Below are positions 9,417 through 18,701 of a DNA stretch of 64,000 nucleotides, piece by piece; positions within the stretch are counted from its first letter, which is position 1; every line of letters starts with the position of its first letter. The DNA comes from a virus. Below the pieces are notes generated by a model, which did no database searches, was not told where the DNA came from, and saw only the letters and a program-made list of their open reading frames with translations. The position numbers and the translations under genes were made by a program. The stretch spans positions 32,001 to 96,000 of IMG/VR virus record IMGVR_UViG_3300043811_000021; one strand, given 5' to 3'.

Positions 9417-10463
9417 ATGGATTACCTTTCAATATGCTCTGGATTTGGCGGTGCTGAGTTAGCTTTTGAGCCGCTAGGATGGAATTGTGTGGCAGTTAGT
9501 GAGATAGAACCTGCTGCTTGTTCTGTTCTAAAGTCGCGCTGGCCAAATACGCTGAGCATTGGAGACTTTACAAGAATAGGAGCTACAGATGTCGGACCAA
9601 TCGACCTTTTGGTCGGAGGAACACCTTGCCAATCTTTCTCAATCGCAGGTCTCCGAGGAGGATTGGGCGACGACCGTGGCAACTTGGCGCTCGAATTTCT
9701 TAGACTTGCTGATCGCACACGGCCCAGATGGATACTCTGGGAAAACGTGCCCGGCGTATACTCTGCAACTTCCCACGTCGCTCCCGATCCATGTCCACCG
9801 GAAATCGACTTGGACAGTCCAGACGGACCCAAAGACGGGGAAGAAATCGTGGTTGAGGACGAATACGACGCAGACGAAGACCATGCGTTCTCATGCTTCT
9901 TGGCCGGACTTTCAGAACTCGGGTACGGATATGCCTACAGGACTCTTGACGCTAGATACTTTGGAGTCCCCCAAAGACGCCGTAGAGTTTTTGTTGTCGC
10001 ATATCTTGGAAACGGGAATCGTGCCAGAGCAGTATTATTTGAGCGCAACTGCTTGTCTTGGAATTCTCCGAAGAGCAAAGAAAAGGGGCAAAGCGTTGCC
10101 GGATGCCTTAAGGGTGGCTCTGGAAAACGTGGCTATCCAGACCCATCAGACGGAAACGGAGGAGGACTTGTTGATGTTACAGGAACCCTCGCTGGAGGAT
10201 CAGGAGAACGACTAGCTAACACTTTAGGAACTAGAAATAGCGATGGACGTAATGAACGAGGTGATGGAAGTGGCAATCAGATTGCCACTTGGCCAGCAGA
10301 AGTAACTCAAACTCTCGATTCTCACTATGGCGATAAACAAGGCTTAGAAGACCAACATATTCGGGGGGGGGCAACATTATTTGTCCCATGCAGTAACTTG
10401 CCATCAAGCGAAGGGCGGCGACCCAACGACGGACAATTATGTGGTGACAGGGGGTTTCTTTGA
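9417..10463 (+). CDS. C5-cytosine DNA methyltransferase, N-terminal part (motifs I-VIII)
   Basis: CSGFGG, GGTPCQSFSIAG, WENVPG, LDARYFGVPQRRRRVF; motifs IX-X are not in this frame. Confidence 0.9.
   Translation: MDYLSICSGFGGAELAFEPLGWNCVAVSEIEPAACSVLKSRWPNTLSIGDFTRIGATDVGPIDLLVGGTPCQSFSIAGLRGGLGDDRGNLALEFLRLADRTRPRWILWENVPGVYSATSHVAPDPCPPEIDLDSPDGPKDGEEIVVEDEYDADEDHAFSCFLAGLSELGYGYAYRTLDARYFGVPQRRRRVFVVAYLGNGNRARAVLFERNCLSWNSPKSKEKGQSVAGCLKGGSGKRGYPDPSDGNGGGLVDVTGTLAGGSGERLANTLGTRNSDGRNERGDGSGNQIATWPAEVTQTLDSHYGDKQGLEDQHIRGGATLFVPCSNLPSSEGRRPNDGQLCGDRGFL
9589..10215 (+). CDS. nested +1-frame ORF resembling the M.EcoHK31I beta-type polypeptide
   Basis: 208 stop-free codons inside the methyltransferase; LSHILE...YYLSATACLGILRRAKKRGKALP..L..AL motif. 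Confidence 0.6.
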   Translation: MSDQSTFWSEEHLANLSQSQVSEEDWATTVATWRSNFLDLLIAHGPDGYSGKTCPAYTLQLPTSLPIHVHRKSTWTVQTDPKTGKKSWLRTNTTQTKTMRSHASWPDFQNSGTDMPTGLLTLDTLESPKDAVEFLLSHILETGIVPEQYYLSATACLGILRRAKKRGKALPDALRVALENVAIQTHQTETEEDLLMLQEPSLEDQEND

Positions 10464-10959
10464 CAACCTTAAAGGTTTTCATAATACAGGAAAAGGATGG
10501 TGGAACGAAGGAGACATAGCAGGTACAGTAAGAACTCCAAAGGGAACCGATTCTATAAACCATACTGTTATTTCTTTTTCTAATGTCAGTGATGGTTCTA
10601 GCGCACGTAATGCTAGCGATATTTCCAATCCTCTCACTTGCAGACATGGTGATCCTGGGATGATAGCTTTCAGAACCAATCAAACATCTGCTAATGGACC
10701 GATTCACTCCGTGGATGTTACAGATAGTTTAGCGTCAGACCATCCTCCAGCAGCGGTACAAGGTATGCAAGTACGCAGACTAACCCCTGTAGAGTGCTCC
10801 AGATTGCAAGGTGTACCAGATGACCATTTAGACATACTTCACAACGGTAAACCTCTTGCAGATGGGAACAAATATAGGTTGCTAGGGAACGGGTTTGCTG
10901 TACCAGTCGTGGCATGGATTGGAAGGCGCATACAGATGGTGGAGGATATGACAAAGTGA
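10381..10959 (+). CDS. C5-cytosine DNA methyltransferase, C-terminal part (motifs IX-X)
   Basis: VRRLTPVECSRLQG and YRLLGNGFAVPVVAWIG; in +1 frame relative to 9417, just after a G9 tract. Confidence 0.85.
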   Translation: MSHAVTCHQAKGGDPTTDNYVVTGGFFDNLKGFHNTGKGWWNEGDIAGTVRTPKGTDSINHTVISFSNVSDGSSARNASDISNPLTCRHGDPGMIAFRTNQTSANGPIHSVDVTDSLASDHPPAAVQGMQVRRLTPVECSRLQGVPDDHLDILHNGKPLADGNKYRLLGNGFAVPVVAWIGRRIQMVEDMTK

Positions 10960-11674
10960 CCCCCGATCTATGCCCCACCTGTGGCCGTCCCTACCGTACT
11001 CCATCGCGTCAGGCGGGTAGAAGAATCTGTGCTTTGTGTGGGCATAAAATAGGGCGCTACGATAAGTGGGAATTTGGTCCTGATTCTCGCCCTCAGCACA
11101 AGAACTGCAAGCATCCCCGTGGTACACTAGATAGTAAAGAGGTTAAAGGATTATTTTGAAGAATACTAACTTTCAGCGATGGTCAGATGCAGAACTAGCT
11201 ACACTCAAAGAGTTGGCAGGTAAATATCCAGCTTCATACATAGGAGCACAGATCGGACGTGGAACCGAAGGCGCAAGGAAGATGATCCGTAAACTCGGTC
11301 TGACTCCGTACAAGGTTCCAATCACCAAACCAGTTTCTCATCTAAGGCCGAATAGGAAATCACCAGTTCAAAATATTACTCCTATCGCGAAACCGGAAAA
11401 GAAGAAGTTTGTAACCAAAGAAGTTTCAATGCTTGAGAAGTGCCCAGTACATCACTGCTGGGTATCAATTACAGACTGGGCAGGGCATGTAGAGAGATTG
11501 GGCGGGACTTGTAAGAGGCCAGCGGCATGACAATTTGCTTACACTACCATCCCAGTGATCCGCGCTACGAAAATTGCCTACTTTGCGCAAAGAATAAACT
11601 TCGGGAAATTTGGATGCGTCATTGGGATCATAAAAAAAATGGGAATTACATACTTGACTCCCTCGGAGGGGAAA

Positions 11675-12112
11675 ATGAAGTTGTTTGATCGCATTTTCAA
11701 AATCGAAGAAATCAACGGTGCCAATCGTTGCCCCACGTACCTCTATCGTTGGACACTGCTGAAGCTGTGGGCCGGGCGCGGCGTCTACCTCCATCATTTC
11801 ATCGGTGATGACTGGTCGCTCGACCTGCACGACCACCCAAAGCGATTCATCTCCATCGGGCTGTGGGGGAAATATCTGGAGACAACGCCAAGCGGCGCAA
11901 AGGTCTATCGTGCGCCGTGGATACGGACGTTCCCTGCCGATCACATCCACCGGCTGAGCATGATCGACGGCGGACACTGCTGGACGCTGGTGATCGTCCT
12001 GAAGGCCGTGCGCGATTGGGGATTCTGGCATGATGGGCTATTTATCCAATGGCGTAGGTACGTCAAGGGTGACAAGAAAGAACTCGCCGACAAGATGAAG
12101 GCGTGCCCATGA
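11675..12112 (+). CDS. cupin-like phage protein
   Basis: YLYRW...YLHHF..DD...LHDHP...HIHRL...WTLVI...WGFW; GGAGG ribosome-binding site; locally higher GC. Confidence 0.65.
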   Translation: MKLFDRIFKIEEINGANRCPTYLYRWTLLKLWAGRGVYLHHFIGDDWSLDLHDHPKRFISIGLWGKYLETTPSGAKVYRAPWIRTFPADHIHRLSMIDGGHCWTLVIVLKAVRDWGFWHDGLFIQWRRYVKGDKKELADKMKACP

Positions 12113-12557
12113 AAGGGAATCATGTATATAAGTCCCAAAAAAATAGGCTTACGCCTCTCCCGGAGCCTCCAGATGGCTTGTAACCTAGAGAAGTACCTAG
12201 AAGGTGAAGAACTCTCCTGCCGCCGTATAGCCCGCAGCGCCAACGATGGTACTCAGGCTCAAAAGGAATGGCTTAAGACGGCTGAGGTTCTTCTAGAGCG
12301 CCGTAGGGAGCATGTTCAGGTGTGTAAGAAGTGTGGAGGAGAAAAGTGAAAGCAGAATCCGAAGTAAAGATGGTCCATCCCGATGCTTACGTCTGCCGTG
12401 ATACCTTTGGAATGGTCGTAATGGCCGGTCCAGATGGCCCTAAACTAGGCGAAGGGAGATGCTATTACGAGGAAGAAGCATGGCTTGAGGCCGCTCAAAA
12501 TCTCCCTGATGAATAAATTAACTTGACTTTTACGCATCATCCTTACATACTGCTTGC

Positions 12558-12776
12558 ATGGCGGCAAGCATACAACTCGGTTCTCGCGTGTATCTAAGGC
12601 TATGCATAGCCGGTGATCCTGGTTGCGTGATCGGCTTTGACCGCAAAGGAAAGGCAGTTGTGGAGTGGTACGACCTTGATCTTGGTCACACTACAAGTCA
12701 TGATGTTGACAATCTAGTGGTCGATGAGGCGTTCTCAGTCCGTCAGCTAGACCTGTTTGAAGAACTAGCGGCCTAG
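12558..12776 (+). CDS. small hypothetical protein, probably leaderless
   Basis: TTGACT-17 nt-CATACT-6 nt-ATG. Confidence 0.55.
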   Translation: MAASIQLGSRVYLRLCIAGDPGCVIGFDRKGKAVVEWYDLDLGHTTSHDVDNLVVDEAFSVRQLDLFEELAA

Positions 12777-13276
12777 TTCGATCCTTTTGCACCCTTTGCC
12801 CACAAAAGCCACTTCATCAACGAAATAGATTGGCTTATACTCCTCTGCGGCCTTCCCGTCTGCGGTCATATAGCCGTTGTCTATGAGGTGCTGGTAGTTC
12901 TTGCGGTATGTCTCTAGTCTTTCTTTTGTCATGCTTGCAGAATACCACAAATACTTGCGTTTTTCTAGTTGACTTTTCTGTACGGAAGGCGCAGAATAAT
13001 AGACATGGAGAAAACAAATATGACGATCAAAGAATTTATTTTCAGTCCGTTTTACTATATACATGCCTGTGTAGAATATCTAAAGGCATCGAATCGCCTA
13101 TCTGCTGTAGAAAAACTGAGCGCAGAAGGAAAGATACCTTTCAGTAAACATAAGAAGGCATTTGATGAATACATGCCATACTACGAGGCAACGTGGAAAT
13201 ATTTTACGCCCACATTCTATCTCCTGTTTACGGTAATGGCAGGCGTGTTCATCGCAATAGCTATAAGGTAGATGAC

Positions 13277-13627
13277 ATGGATACCCTCTACGACATCCTC
13301 GGAATCGTACCTGCCTCCAGTCATAATGAAGTGGTGGAGGCGTACCAATCTGGAGTTCGAGCATTATTGGACGGCGGGGATTTCAAGTCTTCGATGTGGT
13401 GGTGGCCGAACCTCGAAAAGATTGATGAGATGACGCAAGCTATGAAGACTCTAGTTCACGGTGATCGCAGGCACGACTACAACCGCAAGCTAATGGCCCA
13501 AGGAATCATCTGCTCTCTCTGTGAAGGAAGAGGATGGAATCGAATGGACGGTTGTCTTACAGAGCGTACATGTATAGCCTGTGATGGGTCTGGTAAATCT
13601 CTATTGAGATATGCAGAGAAGGGATAA
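13277..13627 (+). CDS. mini DnaJ-like protein (degenerate J domain without HPD, plus zinc finger)
   Basis: TLYDILGI..AS..EV..AY; RRHDYN; CSLCEGRG and CIACDGSG. Confidence 0.65.
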   Translation: MDTLYDILGIVPASSHNEVVEAYQSGVRALLDGGDFKSSMWWWPNLEKIDEMTQAMKTLVHGDRRHDYNRKLMAQGIICSLCEGRGWNRMDGCLTERTCIACDGSGKSLLRYAEKG

Positions 13628-13628
13628 A

Positions 13629-15086
13629 ATGGGAAAGATTGAAAAACTCACGCTTGAGCAACAAATAGCGCATGATCAATGGTTTGAAGAATGTATGCGC
13701 ATCGGTACATGTACTGATCCTGCTGATCGAATAAAAGCGGAATCAGCTATCACGAAGATGTACCAGTTTATCGGCAAACCTCAACCTATATTTGTATGGT
13801 GCGATTCTCCTGCGACATGCATATTAGCGCGGTTCGTATTGCAGGAATGGTTGAAGACTAATAAAGACAATTCTTCCTTGGAGAGTTCCTTGAGGAGTTC
13901 CTTGAGGGGTTCCTTGGGGAATTCCTTGAGGAGTTCCTTGTGGAGTTCCTTGGAGAGTTCCTTGAGGAGTTCCTTGGAGAATTCCTTGGGGAGTTCCTTG
14001 AGGAGTTCCTTGTGGAGTTCCTTGGAGAGTTCCTTGGGGAGTTCCTTGGAGAGTTCCTTGGGGAGTTCCTTGTGGAGTTCCTTGAGGAGTTCCTTGGGGA
14101 GTTCCTTGGAGAGTTCCTTGGGGAGTTCCTTGTGGAGTTCCTTGGGGAGTTCCTTGGGGAGTTCCTTGAGGAGTTCCTTGGGGAATTCCTTGTGGAGTTC
14201 CTTGAGGAGTTCCTTGTGGAGTTCCTTGGGGAGTTCCTTGGGGAGTTCCTTGGGGAGTTCCTTGAGGAGTTCCTTGGGGAGTTCCTTGGAGAGTTCCTTG
14301 AGGAGTTCCTTGTGGGGTCAGCAAGAACAGTATTGGATTGGGTTTTATCGATTTATGGAACTCCACCTAAAGATCGCATACGATCCAGAAAAATCGGCTC
14401 ACCTTGGATGGTGGCAGGATATTGCAGAATCGGCTAATTGGTGGTTTCCGTATGAGGGATTCTGTTTTGTCAGTGAACGACCAATCAGATGCGCAATTGA
14501 CGAACAAAGGAGATTACATCACGATTCATTAGCTGCAATGGAATTCAAAGACGGATGGAAGATTTACTCTTATCATGGAACTACTGTTTCTGCACAACTG
14601 ATTGAGTATCCAGAAACTATCACTATCGACCAGATAAAGAACGAGGGCAATGCCGAAGTGCGGCGCTGTATGATTGAGAGGATGGGGTGGCAGAAATTTG
14701 TAGATTTGTCAGAACTGAAGGTCATCCACTCAGATACTCTTAAATCAAATTTCCCGTCACTATCTCCGTCTGCACTGGTTGACAATTCAGACCCAGCGGC
14801 GTTTCATTACGAAAGTGGAGAAGAGAAGGCAGAATTGCTTGAATCTTCTTTTCTGAAAGACTTCGAGGATCGTCCAATCCGCTTTGTTCGACTCACTTGC
14901 CCTAGTACGGGAAAGATTTATATTCAGCGTGTTGCGCACGATGAGACTAGGGCATATGAGGCTGTTGGAAGGGCGTTCGGAATGTCTGAGAAGGAGTATA
15001 AAAGCGGACGCTATTACCGGCAAGGAGATGTTTTGCTATGGGCGCTCGATCAGAATGATGAGAGAATCGTCCAGCAGCACAGCTAA
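13629..15086 (+). CDS. DUF6745-like protein with SSL(G/R/W/E) tetrapeptide repeats
   Basis: ADRIKAE..I..MY...WCDSP; WWFPYEGFCFVSERP; LHHD..AMEFKDGW..Y.YHG; NAEVRR; CPSTG. Confidence 0.75.
   Translation: MGKIEKLTLEQQIAHDQWFEECMRIGTCTDPADRIKAESAITKMYQFIGKPQPIFVWCDSPATCILARFVLQEWLKTNKDNSSLESSLRSSLRGSLGNSLRSSLWSSLESSLRSSLENSLGSSLRSSLWSSLESSLGSSLESSLGSSLWSSLRSSLGSSLESSLGSSLWSSLGSSLGSSLRSSLGNSLWSSLRSSLWSSLGSSLGSSLGSSLRSSLGSSLESSLRSSLWGQQEQYWIGFYRFMELHLKIAYDPEKSAHLGWWQDIAESANWWFPYEGFCFVSERPIRCAIDEQRRLHHDSLAAMEFKDGWKIYSYHGTTVSAQLIEYPETITIDQIKNEGNAEVRRCMIERMGWQKFVDLSELKVIHSDTLKSNFPSLSPSALVDNSDPAAFHYESGEEKAELLESSFLKDFEDRPIRFVRLTCPSTGKIYIQRVAHDETRAYEAVGRAFGMSEKEYKSGRYYRQGDVLLWALDQNDERIVQQHS
13872..14315 (+). 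repeat. 37 tandem 12-nt repeats, AGTTCCTTG(GAG/AGG/GGG/TGG)
   Basis: Counted directly; in frame within 13629..15086. Confidence 0.97.
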
Positions 15087-15148
15087 TTTTATCCTGCGCT
15101 GTCGCGACGGCGTATAACGTAAACCAGTAACCCAAAAAAGGAGTACAT

Positions 15149-15421
15149 ATGAACGTCGGAATTCCGAAGGATGCGGTAAGAATCAAGAATCGACCACTCG
15201 CTCTAGGAGAAGCAACAGGCCATCACCATTCACTTGTAGCTGAAGAAGAGGAGTGGATCGAAATGTACGAACTCAACGGAGAAACATTTGTGAAAGCCAA
15301 AAATACCGTTCCAGTACAACATCAGGAGCATAAACCCCACACCTGCCCTGCTGGTGTTGAGTTTGGCATCCGTATTGCAACTGAAGTTAATGACTGGGGA
15401 CGCGCTCCTGTGCGTGACTGA
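15149..15421 (+). CDS. small His-rich protein of the type found next to DUF6745 genes
   Basis: LALGEATGHHH ... HQEH; AAGGAG ribosome-binding site. Confidence 0.7.
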   Translation: MNVGIPKDAVRIKNRPLALGEATGHHHSLVAEEEEWIEMYELNGETFVKAKNTVPVQHQEHKPHTCPAGVEFGIRIATEVNDWGRAPVRD

Positions 15422-15479
15422 TTCACTTTTATTGGGTCCGTGACCTATTGGTTGCGGACCTAGTTTTTCTGGAGGAGAT

Positions 15480-15791
15480 ATGACAATCGAACAAGGGCTA
15501 AAGGAGTTCTTTGATAGCCTTCATATACGAGTTCCTGTTTCGCGAGAAGATCGCTTAGGAGTAGCTCTTATGTTCGGGTATGTAGACGTAAAGAATATGG
15601 TTTTCTTTAAGGAAACCTACGGTCTTCCTCTGGATATGATGCTCATGCAGATGCGCAAGAAATTCCCTAAAGTTAAGGTGGATTATAGTGGACTTGAGCA
15701 TGAACTGTTAATGATCGGAACTAATGAGGGTTCCGTCAAGTCACAACTAGAAGAGTTGCGCATCGCTGATCGGGAAATGGAAGACGCATGA
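15480..15791 (+). CDS. small protein with an alanyl-tRNA-synthetase-like motif
   Basis: FFKETYGLPLDMM...VDYSGLE resembles AlaRS FKLYDTYGFPLDLT...VDxxGFE. Confidence 0.45.
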   Translation: MTIEQGLKEFFDSLHIRVPVSREDRLGVALMFGYVDVKNMVFFKETYGLPLDMMLMQMRKKFPKVKVDYSGLEHELLMIGTNEGSVKSQLEELRIADREMEDA

Positions 15792-16176
15792 ATTCAAAGA
15801 AGGCATCTCTCTACTGCCGTCGCGGCCACAAGAAAGTAGGAAAGAACGTCATCTGGCGTAGGCGTATGAACCAGAAGACTAAGATAGTTCACGAAGTAAA
15901 AGAGTGCCGTAAGTGCAGGAACTTAGCTAATGCGGCTAGGAAAGAGGCTAGGAAAAGGAATGAAGAGATTATGAGAGGAACTAAGTAAATGCATGGTTGG
16001 GAAGAACTAGCAACTCCAGAGGAAAAAGTAATTCTTGATGGTCCGTGCAGCGGACCTGATGCGTCAGATTGGAGATGTTGGTACAACCCAGACACTGGGT
16101 ATATGGAATACTGTCCTGTCCATGAATCCGTGATAGCTGACATTTGTTTTCGTAAGAAGAATGGAGATATATAAAT

Positions 16177-16608
16177 ATGGCCGATCTTGGATATATAGAA
16201 GGGGAGATATGCAATCGCCACGGTTGCAATGGAATAATGGCGGAGCGCCCTATAGAAAACTGCTCTTGCCACATTTCTCCTCCATGTGGTTCATGCACAG
16301 AAGAGCGCGGGTACTGCACTAAATGCGGAGCCGATGTCCGAGACGAGCGAGAGCAATCAATCAATGATTACGTCTGCAATGTGGATTCAAGGTCGGGTAA
16401 GATATGGGAATATAAGCTTCGCGTTCTGGACAAGACAAAGATCGACTGGTATACGAAATCTCACACTCACTTTACTCAGATATGTGAAGGAGTTTACCCA
16501 GAAGGGACATCCTCCGAAGAAGTAAGAAAGTTGGTAGATGGTACATTTGGAGGAAGATTTGAATCTTTTGGAGGGGGAAAGTTCAAGTTTATAGCTTATA
16601 CCGACTAG
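16177..16608 (+). CDS. Cys-rich hypothetical phage protein
   Basis: CSCHISPPCGSC; GTFGGRF..FGGGKFKFIAYTD. Confidence 0.65.
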   Translation: MADLGYIEGEICNRHGCNGIMAERPIENCSCHISPPCGSCTEERGYCTKCGADVRDEREQSINDYVCNVDSRSGKIWEYKLRVLDKTKIDWYTKSHTHFTQICEGVYPEGTSSEEVRKLVDGTFGGRFESFGGGKFKFIAYTD

Positions 16609-16942
16609 ATAAATTAGAAATCCAGCGGCGCGTTTACCGGGAAGGTTAGGACGCGCCGCTTTAGGAGAGAGGGCCGCTGGGAGACGGCCACTATAGGCGC
16701 ATAGGAAAGGGGTCTATGCGCTAGGAGTATTAAATCCTATCTCCTGTATCCTGTCAAGGTCTTCTGTTTACTTTCATATTCTTCCACTGGCATTACATCT
16801 TCCGGTCTAAACCACCCCCGATATTCCCTGTCTTTATACCACCATGTACACAAAAGATCATAGTCTTCGTCTGGGAATTCCTTGTATTTTGATGGGTCTA
16901 CATTTTTGTCTTCCATATCTTCTCCGCAATTGCATTGTACCA

Positions 16943-17584
16943 TCACGGCTTTATCCAGTCTGAAATCCTCTTACGAAGGATTTTCCACACAGTAATGGAC
17001 TTGAACTCTTTCAGTTCCTTTTCCTGATCCTCAACGATCTTTTGGAATAGCGTCACTTCCCCGGCGAGAGATTTTTCCTTCCCTTCAGAAATCTTCAAAT
17101 CTCTCTTAAGTGCTGCTATTTCCTTTAGTGCTTGGTCTCTCTGTTCGCGTAGGACAGTTTCTGCACTCTGCTTCCCTCCAAGAATTGCTCTCTTCTCATC
17201 TCCAGTAAGAGCGATATGCTTACTGCTCACCTTTTGCTTTGGCCTAATGCCAAACTGTCTTTTCTGTCCTGGAGTTAGAGGGTATTTACCGAGCAACGCA
17301 CCGTCCTGTAGACCGCACTGGTCCTCGTAGGCGCGTCTCTGATTGCACATATGACATGCAGAGCACAAGTTCTCAGGATCGTCTGTTCCTCCTTTAACGC
17401 GAGGAATAATATGCTCAATGGTTGCTTGGTCTGCATCGGGTTCATTGCATAGTCTGGTAGAACATCCGCACCAGTGACACACTTTTCCTTCTGCGATCCA
17501 CAGCGCCTCACGTTTTCGAGGTGTAGGCGTATCAGACCATACCTTTGTCGGCATAGGAACTAGATTGTTGGAGTTTGTACTCAT
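16943..17584 (-). CDS. HNH endonuclease with coiled-coil tail
   Basis: CHWC...TIEHIIPR..GG....NLCSACHMCNQ; TATAAT 6 nt before the ATG. Confidence 0.85.
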   Translation of the reverse strand: MSTNSNNLVPMPTKVWSDTPTPRKREALWIAEGKVCHWCGCSTRLCNEPDADQATIEHIIPRVKGGTDDPENLCSACHMCNQRRAYEDQCGLQDGALLGKYPLTPGQKRQFGIRPKQKVSSKHIALTGDEKRAILGGKQSAETVLREQRDQALKEIAALKRDLKISEGKEKSLAGEVTLFQKIVEDQEKELKEFKSITVWKILRKRISDWIKP

Positions 17585-17626
17585 AGGGGAATTATATCAT
17601 GGAAGGCGCAGGATAATAGAAGAATA

Positions 17627-17701
17627 TGGAGCGAATGACCGGGCACGATCCGGTGACTTTTGGGTGGAAGCCAAATATGTTACCAACTACACCACATTCG
17701 C
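17627..17701 (-). tRNA. tRNA-Gly(UCC)
   Basis: Cloverleaf GCGAATG/CATTCGC-T-CCA; anticodon arm TTTGG-CTTCCAC-CCAAA; T-loop ATCGTGC. Confidence 0.9.
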
Positions 17702-17706
17702 TAAAC

Positions 17707-17781
17707 TGGTCCCGGTGATCCCTTACGAGGGGACGGCCTCCGTCTTATCAGGACGGCGTTCTTCATCTGAACTACACCGGG
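17707..17781 (-). tRNA. tRNA-Ile(GAU)
   Basis: CCGTC-CTGATAA-GACGG; CCA encoded; atypical T-loop CTCGTAA. Confidence 0.85.
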
Positions 17782-17787
17782 TTAAAA

Positions 17788-17861
17788 TGGAGCCTACGCG
17801 GAGAGTTTAACTCCGGTCTCTATCGTACCAGGATAGGGCACTGTCGCTATGCTACGTAGGC
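17788..17861 (-). tRNA. tRNA-Thr(GGU)
   Basis: GCCTACG/CGTAGGC-T-CCA; CTATC-CTGGTAC-GATAG. Confidence 0.85.
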
Positions 17862-18535
17862 ATTGAACATCCCAGAGTCACAGGTATTTCATCTGTGCGT
17901 TGTAACCTGCTTCCCCTACTTTCAATCTCACTCTGAAACAGAGAACGTTTTGTAATTAACCGCCATCCTCGCCTGTGAACGATAGTTCTTATTTTTTCTA
18001 TCCTCAATCCTAAGTGTTATAGCACTTTTCTTGGGCGGCATCTCTTCCCATGGTATGTAATAGCATTCCTTTGTTTCTGGACAATATACCGCTAATATAT
18101 CAAAATCACCATCAACATATTTCATTCTATGACTACCTTTGGAATTTGCCCAAGTTGATTCTATATCTATTTTCAAAGTACCGTCGCGCACCGAGCAATA
18201 TTTCACCTGAACAGTCCATAATTTATTTGAACGATATACTACAAGATCGAATGGAGCGTGTTCCGTTTGAGGTACACAGATTATGAAGCCTTGTTCGCAA
18301 AGATCAGCCTGAACTTTCAACACCGCTAGGTCACCCTTTTCTTTTGTGTGATGACTCTTCATTTATCTATTATAACACTAAAAGAAGCACTCCGAACTTG
18401 GTTGCTCAGGTTAACGCTTTTCCTGGCTGTTAGGCATTACGACCATTTGCAACTGGTAGCCTAAACACTCTCAACTCGCCTACCTGTATTTTCCTGTGGC
18501 CTACAGGTGTTTCGGTAGGTCTGTATCGAGCTAAC
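17862..18535 (-). ncRNA. unassigned structured RNA (~240 nt in two parts) with an endonuclease ORF in a loop
   Basis: TGCTTCTTTTA before the ORF pairs with TAGGGGAAGCA after it; further stems CCTAC/GTAGG, ACCTGT/ACAGGT, TTAGGC/GCCTAA, CAGG/CCTG, CACAG/CTGTG. Confidence 0.5.
17928..18362 (-). CDS. PD-(D/E)XK endonuclease, group I intron-associated (I-Ssp6803I-like) family
   Basis: TKEKGDLA...PFDLV...VQVKY...Y..GDFDILAVYCP...CYYIP. Confidence 0.85.
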   Translation of the reverse strand: MKSHHTKEKGDLAVLKVQADLCEQGFIICVPQTEHAPFDLVVYRSNKLWTVQVKYCSVRDGTLKIDIESTWANSKGSHRMKYVDGDFDILAVYCPETKECYYIPWEEMPPKKSAITLRIEDRKNKNYRSQARMAVNYKTFSVSE

Positions 18536-18536
18536 T

Positions 18537-18614
18537 TGGTGCGCCGTGAGAGGCTCGAACTCCCGACCTAGTGCTTGTAAGGCACCCGCTCTGAACCAAC
18601 TGAGCTAACAGCGC
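18537..18614 (-). tRNA. tRNA-Val(UAC)
   Basis: GGTGC-CTTACAA-GCACT; canonical D and T arms; CCA. Confidence 0.95.
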
Positions 18615-18619
18615 AAAAA

Positions 18620-18695
18620 TGGACGGTCTATCGGAAGTTGAATCCGAATTTCTACCTTCGGAGGGTAGCGCCCTTATCCGTTGGACCATAGACCG
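18620..18695 (-). tRNA. tRNA-Arg(CCG)
   Basis: CTACC-CTCCGAA-GGTAG; CCA. Confidence 0.9.
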
Positions 18696-18701
18696 AAAAT
18701 A

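Noticed and set aside
13872-14315. Possible CRISPR array or DGR repeat
   Set aside because: The 12-nt units are contiguous with no spacers and lie in frame in a gene; there is no cas or reverse transcriptase gene in the window.
13824-14437. Track ORFs with (GTPQ)n and (EFLG)n repeats
   Set aside because: Alternative-frame shadows of the same minisatellite.
17862-18535. Canonical group I intron in a tRNA
   Set aside because: Flanking tRNAs are complete and no convincing P7 pairing was found; kept only as an unassigned RNA.
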